This document shows positions 25,341 to 36,800 of a stretch of 64,000 nt of DNA, in pieces. This DNA is from Leucoraja ocellata (taxonomy: Eukaryota). The DNA lies in NCBI GenBank assembly GCA_036785375.1, contig JAWMAR010000113.1, positions 124,001-188,000 on the forward strand. The letters are read 5' to 3'. The stretch's first letter is position 1; the number at the start of each line of letters is the position of its first letter. The notes under the pieces are model-generated. The model saw nothing but the letters and a program-made list of their open reading frames with translations, searched no databases and had not been told where the DNA came from. A program made the position numbers and the translations under genes.

Positions 25341-25714
25341 GTCTAGCTGAAATATTTTTATGAATCTGACGATAATTTGGTACATACTTTGTCGTACCGT
25401 TCAAGATCACAGAAGTATTTTAATATAAATTTAAAATACATATGCAGAAGTCTGAAATGAAAACAAAAAGTCCTGGATACACACATAGAAGACGCATTGT
25501 AAACCATATCACAATGGCACAATTTAATAGATTCAGTGGGTTGTCTTAATGGATGCAGTAGGTTATTTGTAAATGGTAACTCTATCTTTAGTGAATAAAA
25601 TATTCAAGATCAGGAAGAGAAAGTAACAGACTTTAATTGAGAAAGTTGACAGGAGCTTCTTCAGACATGAAAGAAAATGCAGAATAATTGCATATGAAGA
25701 AACTTTAACAGATG

Positions 25715-26030
25715 TATGGTGTGGAGGTGTCCTTAAAGCCCCACGCTGCCCTCACGACCTTTTACAGGGGTGCCATTGAGAGCATTCTTTAACCTTCTGC
25801 ACCGTTTAAAATACCTCAAAGCTTTTGCTACATTTTGGCATACTGTGAATATTTTAAAATTTTAAATAATGTATGTCTATTGTCTATTTTTATTGGTATG
25901 TTGTCTGTCTGTGTTTTTAATATTACTTGCACATTTGGAGTATGGGGAAACGTAATTTCGATCCTATGTGTAACTACTGTTGCATAATTGAATTGACAAT
26001 AAAGTTACTTTGAACTTTGAACTTTGAACT
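25715..26030 (+). mobile_element. Rex1/Babar-like LINE remnant
   Basis: FYRGAIESIL-coding piece, then a 3' UTR gacaataaa plus (TTTGAAC)3 tail. Confidence 0.55.
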
Positions 26031-26032
26031 AA

Positions 26033-26528
26033 AGGGTTTGTCCCACTTGCATGCGATTGCATGCGTTTGACACGACCAAACAGAAGCGGAGTTCACGCGA
26101 AGTTTGCGCTAAGTACGCGCTAAGTTCACGCGTGACGTAATTTGCACCATACTTACCAATCACCTGGGCAGGAGGCGGTCCGACTGAATTTGGGCGTTGC
26201 ACGGCGTCGGCCGGTGACGTCATCGCGCAACGCCATGCCGGGCGGCGACGTAATTGCGCAATGCCACTCGCTAGGCGTACGCCATCAAGACGCTGCATAC
26301 GCCATTAAGACGCTGCGTATGACCGCAATGCGCCTGCGTGCCGACAGGCCGTTGGTGCGCAAAGATTTCGGACACTGTTAGATTTTTGGAGCCCCGCGCG
26401 ATCTCAGGACCAGCCCCGCACAACTCCGCGCCTCTACGTGGGACCGGCCCCACGCAGCCATACGGTGCCCGTACGCCTCAAGCGACCACGTTTGGTCGCA
26501 CCAAACGCATGCAAGTTGGACAGGCCCT
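26033..26528. mobile_element. PIF/Harbinger-like MITE, CpG-rich
   Basis: TIR agggtttgtcccacttgcatgcg...cgcatgcaagttggacaggccct, flanks TAA/TCA. Confidence 0.8.
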
Positions 26529-27141
26529 TCAGTACTTGCTCGTGATGGTCTCCAGAATGATTATAGATCAATGTATTGTGACAACATTGCACTCATTATT
26601 TTCTGATGAAAAGCCCATTCAAAAACTGAAAGTTGAGGATGAAGGAAATGTGAAATATATAGATCCATACCTAAGGTGACAGGGTCAACTTCTGAATAAG
26701 GGCCTTGACCCGAAACGTCACCCATTCCTTCTCTTCAGATATGCTGCGCTGCCTGTCCCGCTGAGTTACTCTAGCTTTTTGTGTCTTTCTTCAGAGGTTG
26801 AATATTTGAATCAGTCTGGACATGTGAACTGAAAGGAGATCCTCTGCCATTCTACCTCTACACAAACCAAGCCTTTCGCCCTGCATGTACTCATCCCGCA
26901 GTCAGTCATGACTACCAAGAAAGGCAGGAGTAGCAGCAATATCACTGGGCAATTTCCTCTCAAAGTCACACATGGTCTTTGTTAAGAAATAGTTAATTCA
27001 TCCTTACCATCACCGAACCAAATTCCAAGAATTCACTTCATCCTACTAATACCACTGTGGGTGCAACTTCATTTTCCAAATTGTTGTGGTTAAAGAGATC
27101 AGCCCAACAGTTTATCTTCAAGTTGACTTGAAGATGGGCAA

Positions 27142-27617
27142 TTAGAAACATAGAAAATAGGTGCAGGAGTAGGCCTTCCGACCCTTCGAGCCAGCACCGC
27201 CATTCAATGTGATCATTGCTGATCATCCAAAATCAGTACCCCGTTCCTGTTTTCTCCCCATATCCCTTGATTCCGTTAGGGCCAAGAGCTATATCTAACT
27301 CTCTCTTGAAAGCACCCAGCGAATTGGCCTCTACTGCCTTCTGTGGCAGAGAATTCCGCAAATTCACAATGCACTGGGTGAAAATGTTTTTCCTCATCTC
27401 AGTCTTAAATGGCCTACCCTTATCCTTAAACTGTGACCCTTGGTTCTGAACTCCCCTGACATAAGGAACATTTTTCCTGCATCTAGCCAGCCCAATCTCA
27501 TAAGAATTTTATATGTTTCTTTAAGATAGCCTCTCATCCTTCTAAACTCCAGTGAATATAAGCCCAGTCAATCCATTCTTTAATCAGATGTCAGTCCCGC
27601 CATCCTGGGAATTAATG
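27142..27617 (-). mobile_element. CR1 LINE 3' end
   Basis: tagaaacatagaaa tail and ORF2 end on the minus strand. Confidence 0.9.
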
Positions 27618-27769
27618 TTGGTCTTTCCAACAAATCACATGTAAGAGAATTAAATCAAAAATCCTTCTCTTGGCTCGGCACTGACCATCTCCTACTACTT
27701 TGTTGCAGATTGTTGCAGACCTAATATCATGAGGAAAATTATTAGAAAATCAGTAAGGAAATTCAACGT

Positions 27770-28925
27770 GCATCATCAACTCTCACCAATTTCTACAGAT
27801 GCACTACACAAAGCATCCTGTACCGATGCATCACAACTTAGATTGGCAAATGGCCTGCCCAAGACTGTTTATTGGTGGCTCAATGAATAAAAACACATTC
27901 ATGGTAAAGTCCAACTTTATTTCATTGAGTACACTAGAGCATTTCAACAGCCAGTTGCTGCTTGCGTCTCGCTTACCAACTGGCCCCGAGCGAGAGAGAA
28001 AGTCTTTGTGTGAGTACCGTAATACTCTGTAAAAGGTGGCATGCATATTTGTGTGGTGAAGATTATAAATGGCATGAATTAATAAGGGTTAATAAGGGTT
28101 AATCTACATCCTTCCTCTTAAAGAAGTAAAGCATATATGGTGGTTAGTGGAGTAAATATGAAACACTAGTATAGGTGCGGCATTTATTATTTTACTGCAT
28201 ATGAGAGCACATAAACTAGACAGGTCATGCACAGTTCAGGTATAGCCAGTAAATTTTCCAATTAGCGGGTTTGGCTTGCAGACACGACCTGCGTGTGTAC
28301 GATAATAACCTCCAGCAGACACCTCATCCTTTGTTGGGGAAGCAAGTCCCATATCGGGGGAACGCGGCGGAGAAGACACCGGTGGAGATTGGGGAACCGG
28401 GGAAGGCAGGGATGGCGCTGGCACCGGCAGAGGAATCGCTGGAGCGTGAGGAAAGACCGGCACGCTGGTCCGGGTAGGGACGTGGACGTGCTGGTTCATT
28501 AACTGGAAGGAGGTGTTGGCAGATTCGCCGATTAATGCCATTGTCCCTACTGACCAAGTACGAGCGCGGTTCCGCAGTGGACCCCAGAATGACTCCGAGG
28601 CGGTCGGAACCAGCGGAGTGACCACAAGCGGACGACCTGTCCCTTGTTGAGTTCAGTTCGCAGTCTCCTTTAATGAGGGTTAATCTACAAAGACCACAAG
28701 AAATGACAGTTGTGGACGCAGCACAGCCCAGTCCATCATGCAGACCAACCTCTGCCCCATTGACTCCATCTACACACTTCACACTGCTTTCGGGAAAGCA
28801 GCCAACATGATCAAGAACCATTCACGTCCTTGTTATCTCTTCTCTGCCGTGGGGCACAAGATATGAAGGCTGGGAAACACATACCCACAGATTCAAGAAC
28901 ATCTTCTTCCCCACTATCCCCATAT
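27770..28925 (+). mobile_element. Rex1/Babar-like LINE fragment, host of the Gypsy insertion
   Basis: Decayed Rex1-type ORF end on both sides of the AAGAC duplication. Confidence 0.6.
27866..28689 (-). mobile_element. Internally deleted Gypsy LTR retrotransposon
   Basis: 5-bp TSD AAGAC (27861-27865, 28690-28694). TG...CA 3' LTR at 28108-27866 preceded by polypurine tract AAGAGGAAGGA. Pol tail LNKGQVVRL..EPRSYLV..NGINRRICQHLL..RTHAGRVCKP. Confidence 0.85.
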
Positions 28926-29663
28926 GTCTCTAATCTACCAATCTACCTCGTTGGAGCCCCTCAACTTTTTGTTATCAGCACCTTCGTGGTAGCTCCGACA
29001 CTACGTTCTGTAGGCAGACACAAAGTGCTGGAGTAACTCAGCGGGTCCGGCAGCATCTCTGGAGAAAAGGAATAGGTGATGTTTCAGGTCATGACCCTTC
29101 AGGCCCGACCTGAAATGTCACCTTTTCCTTTTCTCCAGAGATGCTGAATTACTCCGGCTTTTTGCGTCTATCTTCGGTGTAACCCAGCAACCGCAGTTCC
29201 TTCCTACACATATGTATTTGAATGTTGTGCTCATCAAATGCCTAACTCCATTGAATTAAAATACACCCTCATTCATAATCTCCACACTTAATAGCATTCT
29301 GTCACTCAATCTATTTGTTACAGGAAAGGAAGGCTGGGGTTTGGCCTCAACAAACTGCGCAGCTGACAGATGCGGAGAGGAAATCCATGGAGATAAATGG
29401 CCCCTTCTGCTTCCCCAATAATTGGAGAAACTGCATCTGAGGATGCACAGATGTCTAATGACAACATTAAAATTATCTTTATAACTCATTTATTTCATCA
29501 ATGAGTATGCTGATCGGCTGGATTGTTACATTAGATTGAATTTTTCCTGTCTATTCTGTCTCCCAAGATTTTAGTCTGCTGAGCAGTTTTATGTGGACAT
29601 AACTGATATTGATTCCTGAGAAGAACTCTTTCCTATTTAAGAGCTTACTGTTTTAGAATGTAG

Positions 29664-30630
29664 TGGGCCTGTCCCACTTAGGCGACTTTTTAGGCGAGTG
29701 CTGGAGTCTGCGCTCGCCACACGATCGCCACACGTTTGCTGGTGGTCTCCGGTGATTCTCCTTCATGGTCGCAAGGAGTTCCCGCATTCTGGGAATTCGT
29801 CGCGGCCTCAGTATAGTCGCCGTAAATTTTTCAACCATGGAGAAAATCGATAATCCTGTAGTCATAAGTGCAGTTGTAGTGGGGTCGCCATGTAGTTAAA
29901 GGTAGTCGAGGGAGTCGTAGGTAGTTTTAGTTAATCGCCTTTGCTGGCTGGTCATTTTCATTGGCTCATTGCGGGAAAAAAAACGTAAGCACGAGTTTTC
30001 AGAACCAAGGATAACCGACCGGTAATGTTAAATGTCCGCCGAACTTCACAGCCGTGTATCTCTGGCTTCTTAAAAGTTGTTTCTGCTACTTCTGCTCACT
30101 CCCTTCTCCCCTCCTCCCTTAAAGGACTTACCGTACACTGTGCTAGCCGTCTTAATTACAGCGCCAACCTCCCTGTTCATTGCGGTGTGTGCCTGTATCA
30201 CCTTGGCTTTGCACCGTGTGAATTTCAGGCAGCGCTCCTCCCGCTNNNNNNNNNNNNNNNNNNNNNNNNNNNNNNNNNNNNNNNNNNNNNNNNNNNNNNN
30301 NNNNNNNNNNNNNNNNNNNNNNNNNNNNNNNNNNNNNNNNNNNNNNNNNNNNNNNNNNNNNNNNNNNNNNNNNNNNNNNNNNNNNNNNNNNNNNNNNNNN
30401 NNNNNNNNNNNNNNNNNNNNNNNNNNNNNNNNNNNNNNNNNNNNNNNNNNNNNNNNNNNNNNNNNNNNNNNNNNNNNNNNNNNNNNNNNNNNNNNNNNNN
30501 NNNNNNNNNNNNNNNNNNNNNNNNNNNNNNNNNNNNNNNNNNNNNNNNNNNNNCGCCGTTCCAGTTCCCGGTTTTTCAGGCGACTGCCGGCAACTTGACA
30601 GTTGCCGGCAGTCTGCTGAAACATCGCCTT
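29664..30630. mobile_element. PIF/Harbinger-like non-autonomous element spanning an assembly gap
   Basis: Starts tgggcctgtcccacttaggcga. The right end stops at ...aaacatcgcct with the terminal part missing. Confidence 0.6.
30246..30553. other. Assembly gap (308 N)
   Basis: Run of N. Confidence 1.
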
Positions 30631-30684
30631 AGACTCATGTAATGTGTTGGCTGTTGAGTTTTCAAGTTATCCTTCACTAGGATG

Positions 30685-30945
30685 GCCCGGTGGTGTAGGC
30701 CGTACAGCGCTAGAGACCTGGGTTCGATCCTGATTATGGGTGCCTGTCTGTGCAGAGTTTGTACGTTCTCCCTGTGAGATCTTCAGTTTCCCTCGACATC
30801 CCACAGACATGCAAGTTTGTAGGTTAATTGGCTTGGTATAAACTGTAAATTGTCCCTAGTCTGTGTAGGATAGTGTTAGTGTGCGGGGATCGGTGCAGAC
30901 TGGGTGGGCCCGCGCTGTTTCTCTAAATTAAACTAAACGAAAATA
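30685..30945 (+). mobile_element. V-SINE (HE1-like)
   Basis: B box ggttcgatcct, V-domain, tail. Confidence 0.85.
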
Positions 30946-31129
30946 AATTAGAAACAGAATTGAGAACAACCTGAAGCCAGTAACTCCTGCTGCTGGGGAG
31001 AAGGGAATAACAATGTCCACCACCATTGCTGAACCCCAAGGGCTATCCCTGAGAAGAATGCTAGCCATGTGCTGACAGACGTGTAAAATATACTTCCTAC
31101 AGTAACAAAGACAACAGAAGAGCTGAACT

Positions 31130-31850
31130 CAAAAGATAGACACAAAATGCTGGAGTAACTCAGTGGGTCCGGCAGCATCTCTGGGGGGAAAAATAATATT
31201 GGACGATTTGGGTCGGAACCCTTCTTCAGACTGAAAGTAGAGGTGGGGGCTATGGAGGGGGGGGGGGGGGGGTGTGGGGGGAGGTTAGCGGGGGGGGGGC
31301 AGGAAATAAACTGTAGGTGATGAAAGGCCAGAACAAATCTGGGCCTACAACATTTGACCTCAGGAAAGGTGGATCCCATAATGGCCCATTGTTGGCTGAG
31401 GAAGCTGTGCTAACGAGAGGGATACCAAGGGGAGAACAGTGGAACTGGTTGGATGACTAGGGTGAGGGGGGAGAGGGGGAATGCAGGAGTTTCTTGAAAT
31501 TAGAGAAATCAGAATTCATGCCACTGGATTATAAACTGCCCAAGCGAAATATGAGGTGCTGGTCCTCCAATTTGCGTGTGGCCTCACTCTGACATTGGAG
31601 GAGGCCCAGGATGGAAGGTTCAGTATGGGAATGGGAAGGGCAGTTAAAATGTTTTGGCAACCAGGAGTTTGCGTAGGCCAAGGCAGACTGAGCGTACATT
31701 TTCAGCGAAATAATCGCCAAGTCTATGCTTGAGCCCACACCGAGAATATCGGATACAGTGGATGGCGTTGGGGGAGGTGCAAGTAAATTTTATCCTCATC
31801 TGAAAGGACTGTCGGGGTCCCTGGATGAAGTCGAGGGAGGTCAGGGTCCC
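31130..31850 (-). mobile_element. Penelope-like element 3' end (GIY-YIG C-terminus, 3' UTR, hammerhead repeat)
   Basis: HFNCPSHSHTEPSILGLLQCQSEATRKLEDQHLIFRLGSL, 3' repeat at 31135-31235. Confidence 0.85.
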
Positions 31851-32124
31851 TGGATAATAACGGAGTCGTTATTACAGGGAACTACAAGGTGACTGCATGG
31901 AGGTCCTTCACAGAGCTATCAGCACAGTTATGTGCCAGAAATGTCTGGGCTTTAGATAGGATGGCATTACAAGTTTATTATTATCATGTGTACCGAGATA
32001 CAGTAAAACAAGCTTTGTTTTGTTTGTTATCCAGGCAAAACATATCATACATGAGTACAAAAAAAAACAAACACAAGTGGAACGAAAAGAGAAAGGAAAC
32101 AAAATACTGAAAGTAGTCAAAAGG

Positions 32125-32595
32125 GTAGGGGGTAACTGCAGATGCTCAGAGTACCTCTGCGGGACAGGCAGCATCTCTGGAGAGAAGGAATGGGTGATGT
32201 TTCAGGTCGAGAACCTTCTTCAGATTGGGGTCAGCGGAGCTGGAATCTAGAGATATGGAAGGGTAAGGTATGAAAAAGACAGATCAAAGCAAATGATGCT
32301 AATGAAATGTAGAATGGTTCATTGTTAGCTGAGGGGAAGGTGACAAGGAGGCATACAATCAGTAAAATTAATCAGAATTCAATTCAATTCAATTTTAATA
32401 TCATTGCACAGATACAAGTATGGGTACAACGAAATGCAGTTTAGCGTCAGTCCGTAGTAATAGTGCAATATAGAAATATTGCATAGAATATAGAAATATA
32501 GAAAGGACAGTGAAACAAGTCATAGAACTAGGGTTGGGGAGATGGAGAGGGAAAGCAAGGGTTACTTGAAGTTGGAGAAATCAGCATTCATATCA
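32125..32595 (-). mobile_element. Penelope-like 3' UTR with a short nested LINE tail
   Basis: Homologous to 57240-57670 and 14640-15018. Confidence 0.65.
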
Positions 32596-33134
32596 CTCCT
32601 ATACATTGCTGTTAGCACTACCATACATTTTCCCATTATAATTGATATTTTCCTATTATAATTCCAAAAGACATAGGAGCAGAGTTAGGCCATTTGGCCC
32701 ATCGAGTCTGCTCTGCCGTCTGATTATGGTTGATCTATTCTTCCCGTTGAATCCCATTCTCCTGCCTTCTACCCGTAACCTACACCTGCTATATCTATGA
32801 GTATGAGACCAGGCAACAAGTGGTTCTTGTGCTGTATCCATTAACATACGTTTTAATAGATTTTCCATATTTAGTCTTTTCTTAAACTTTTATGCAGCTT
32901 GATTATTTTCTATCGTGATCAACATTTTTTTCAGTCCATTTATGATCCTATTCTGTTCATGTTCCTTTCCACGTTGGTCACACTACATTGTAGCCTTTAC
33001 ATTGGTCTGCTAGCTCAAACCTGGCTGCACCTCTCTGTCCAATGGATAGATATTGTCATAGATAGTGCAGCTGTAGATTGTTTGACTTGTACACCTCTAC
33101 ACAGACCTCCGATGGTCCATAAAGTTCATTAAGT

Positions 33135-33900
33135 CATAGAATATGCAACCAGGCCATTTTAGCCCACCACATAGCTGCTGATCAGTAGGTTTCCATCCAT
33201 ATTAATCCCATCTCTAGACCTTTGCCGTTAGTGTTTACGTGATTCAAATGCTAGATACTTCTTAAATACTGTTAGCAACCCTGCCCCTAACACTCTCCCA
33301 GGCAGTGTATTCCAACCACTCACCTTTCTCTGGGTGAAAAAAATACCCGCAGATCCCCTCGATATCTATTACCCTAAATCTGCGTCCATGTGTTTTATCC
33401 ACCACTAATATGGGGGCTAGGCTCGTGCAGTCGACCATACTTATACTACTCGTAATTTTCTACACCTCAATTTTGTCCCTTCTTATCCTCCTCTGCTCCA
33501 AGGAAACATAGAAAATAGGTGCAGGAGTAGGCCATTCAGCCATTCGGCCCTTCGAGCCTGCACCGCCATTCAATATGATCATGGCTGATCATCCAACTCA
33601 GTATCCTGTACCTGCCTTCTCTCCATACCCCCTGATCCCTTTAGCCACAAGGGCCACATCTAACTCCCTCTTAAATATAGCCAATGAACTGGCCTCAACT
33701 ACCTTCTGTGGCAGAGAATTCCAGAGATTCACCACTCTCTGTGTGAAAAATGTTTTTTCTCATCTCAGTCCTAAAAGATTTCCCCTTATCCTTAAACTGT
33801 GACCTCTTGTTCTGGAAACAGACACAGACTCTCCATTACCTCCTAGTAACTGAAACACTCCATGCCAGATGACATCCTAATGAAACTCCACTGGACCCTT
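33135..33900 (-). mobile_element. Old CR1 with a nested young CR1 3' end (33504-33815)
   Basis: CR1 3' UTR and ORF2 end on the minus strand. Confidence 0.8.
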
Positions 33901-34237
33901 TCCAGGAAAAATGTTTACACTAGCAAAATAACAAAAGGAGGTGTTTCTTTGTGAGGCTATTGAACAAACTTGGATTATTTTCTCTGGAGAATCAGAGGCT
34001 GGGGAGATAACTGATAGAAGTGTTTACAATTGTAAGAGGCATAGATAGGTAGACAATCAGAAGCTTTATCCCTGAGTGGAAATGTCAAAGAGTAGAGGGT
34101 ATAGCTGTAAGGTGAGATGGGCAAAAGTTTAAAGGTGATATGGATGGCAAGTTTTTTTACACAGAGAGTGGTGGATGCCTAGAACGTGCTGCCAGGAGTG
34201 GTGGTGGATAGATGTGATAGTGGCATTGAAGCAGCTT

Positions 34238-34378
34238 CTTCTTCTTCTTGAGTATGGCGTGCACCGCCTAAAGTTGTAGGACAACTTGTTCTATTTGATC
34301 TTATTTGATTGTGCACGCCAGGTTGATTGCATTAGTCGAAACAGGGCGGACCATGTGAAGGTTGCAATCTTCCACCCC
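34238..34378 (-). mobile_element. Short ribozyme-headed non-autonomous retroposon with (GAA)n tail
   Basis: 13-bp TSD ATTGAAGCAGCTT at 34225-34237 and 34379-34391, (CTT)n on the + strand, inserted into a CR1 3' region. Confidence 0.85.
34325..34378 (-). ncRNA. HDV/CPEB3-like self-cleaving ribozyme with minimal P4, second copy
   Basis: Reverse complement reads GGGGUGG-AA-GAUUGCA-ACC-UUCACAU-GGU-CCGCCCU-GU-UUCGA-CUAA-UGCAAUC, with P1, P2 and P3 fully paired. Confidence 0.85.
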
Positions 34379-34551
34379 ATTGAAGCAGCTTTTGAATAGA
34401 TACACTGGATATGCAGGGAATGGAGAACTGTAAGCACAAAATGCTGGAGTAACTCAGCGGGACAGGCAGCATCTCTGGAGAGAAGGTGTGGATGACGTTT
34501 CGGGTCGAGACCCTTCTTCAGACCACATGCAGGCGAAGGAGATTAGTTGTT

Positions 34552-34734
34552 CAAGAAGGAACTGCAGATGCTGGAAGATCGAAGGTACACAAAATTGCTG
34601 GAGAAACTCAGCGGGTGCAGCAGCATCTATGGAGCGAAGGAAATAGGCGACGTTTCGGGCCGAAACGTCGCCTATTTCCTTCGCTCCATAGATGCTGCTG
34701 CACCCGCTGAGTTTCTCCAGCAATTTTGTATACC
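34552..34734. mobile_element. Palindromic Penelope-derived element with 17-bp TSD
   Basis: Inverted arms 34584-34734 centred on tttcgggccgaaa. GAAGGAGATTAGTTGTT duplicated at 34535-34551 and 34735-34751. Confidence 0.88.
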
Positions 34735-35399
34735 GAAGGAGATTAGTTGTTTGGCAGAGATATTGTGGGCTGTAGGGCCTGTTCTTGTGATGTACTGTTC
34801 ATGTTCCATGTTCCATGTTTTATCAAATGTGCAGTTTTCATCTGGAAGTAGATATAATCATCCCTTTCAAATGAGAATTGGATAAATTCAACAAAGGTTT
34901 ACAGTAGTGTCGACAAAAATCACAGCAGTGGGATTAATAAACGTATTTCAAAGAAGCAAAATGGATTGTGGGCTAAAATTATGTTTTTAAGGGCATGCCC
35001 AAAATATTTTAAATATATTATATATATATTTGATGGGAATTTTCTTCCTATTTTGGAAAAAGTATTGGAAGATCAAGTTTTGGAAGGATGCACTATAAAA
35101 AGGATAACTAATTAATTTCCAATATCAAACTACAAAACCCATTACATTAGATGCTTCCTCACCTGCTGAGTTTCTCCAGCATTTTTGTCTACCTTCGATT
35201 TTTCCAGCATCTGCAGTTATCTCTGAAACATTTTATATTTAGGGCAGTTTCTTTTCCAATTATATTTTTTTCTTCAGCACAGAAACATTACATAAACGAT
35301 TGTTACTATAAATACAATTACTTGGGATATAATTTTAAATGAAAACCAGGCTAAACCTCATCTTTAATGATGAACTGGGGCAAAATGTCCCATGTAACT

Positions 35400-36800
35400 C
35401 GTGACTCAGTATGTACCCACTGAGTCAGCACGTGGTGGATTGGAGTATCAACATAACGACTTTTGAACACAATTCGCGAGAAAGTGCTACTTTTTTTTTG
35501 TTGCAAATGCCGTCTTTCAGATGGGAGCCACAGAGGCCTTGAATGCTGTCTTCCTTGTAAACTATTTTTATTTGTAAACCATTCCGTGGAGCCACTTTGA
35601 AGATTAGGTGGATTACGTTTATCAAATGTTAGTGAGATCATTGATCGAATGAATGTGTGCTGAAGATAACAAGACTCGACGGATTTCGTGGAAATCACCA
35701 TTAAAGTCAAAACACACCTCGTCGTCATCTGACGAGCTGGCGGTTGCTATAACAGCAGGAAGCAAACCCACTTGGCAAGTTAGCCTTGTTTGGCGATGCT
35801 TTTCTTTTCTAATATAACATTATCCCTCCTACTCCCGACGTTGTCCAATGAAGAGAAACCAACGAGCAAAGCGAAGTTGTGGACCTGATGTAAAAGGCGA
35901 GGCTCTGATAGCGCAGGGATAGATTGCTCAAGAGCCTGATCTCATATAGTTGATTGGGGGGGAATCGTAGTCAGTTTCCACTGGGATATAAACACTCGCC
36001 TGAAATTGACACGCTTCCATCAGCCGCGGATCTAACGAGCTCAGCCTGCGCGCTTTCGTGGTTCGTGGCGTGGGATATATACATGTATATGTGTAACAAA
36101 ATACTCAAAAGAGATACAGTAAGTACAGGTTATTGTATGTAGGTAATAATTTACAAGTCTTGTTCTTGGACTGCGCGATGGAGATTCGGGGGTTAAGCGA
36201 CCTTTGTTAAGGGATAGACATAAAAATACTGGAGTAAGTAACCCAGCGGGTCAGGGAGGCAGCATCTTTGATCTCTGTGTGTGTGTGTGGATTGTCTCGG
36301 ATTTGAGCGGAATTGTTTGCCTTTCACCTACCGGTTGCTGTTCGCCATTTCAGTATCCAGATCTGAGAACAAACTCGCTATCTTGGAGATGGGGGAGGGG
36401 GGGGGGTGGTTTTTGGTAGTGAATGATTAAATGATAACACAGGCAAAGGGGGAGGGGAGGGGGGCTTCTGTAAAAGGTGAAGGCGCTTCTGTAAAAACTG
36501 CCGGCAGGAACAAGATGAAAGCAACGGCGGCAGTCTGCACAACAAGACTGGCTCCACGGACGCTTGAAGCAGCGTGGGTGGTTTTTTCCCCCCATCAGCG
36601 ATGAGATAGAAGTCGCTGTGGTTTCAATGCTCATTTTGCACGCAGCCAAAGTGGTTTTTCAGAATGCATCGATGTAAAAAAAATGCAAACTCTCAAAGAC
36701 TAATTTCTTTCCGGACTGCACCCACGACCTTATCTCTTTTGAGTCCGCCTTGCAAGATTGTGTTAACAGTGCCCTCCATTGTGAACCCAGCAAAGTTGCA
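35400..36800 (+). promoter_or_regulatory. ETS2: CpG-enriched candidate ETS2 promoter and first exon
   Basis: Largely non-repetitive CpG-rich region about 6-7 kb upstream of the first coding exon. CCAAT 35845-35849, ATTGG 35953-35957, TATAAA 35987-35992, GTAAGT donor at 36119. Confidence 0.55.

Larger units (their letters stand above)
33950..34815 (+). mobile_element. CR1 3' end hosting the ribozyme retroposon and two Penelope repeats
   Basis: Decayed CR1 ORF2 end, tail gggcctgttcttgtgatgtactgttcatgttccatgttccatg. Confidence 0.7.

Noticed and set aside
26033-26528. CpG island or promoter (also 1100-1400, 13590-14600, 28290-28640, 29670-30240)
   Set aside because: The CpG richness is confined to young transposon interiors.
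30025-30642. ORFs of 170-205 aa here, and similar ORFs at 3732-4140
   Set aside because: They are long only because they run through N gaps.
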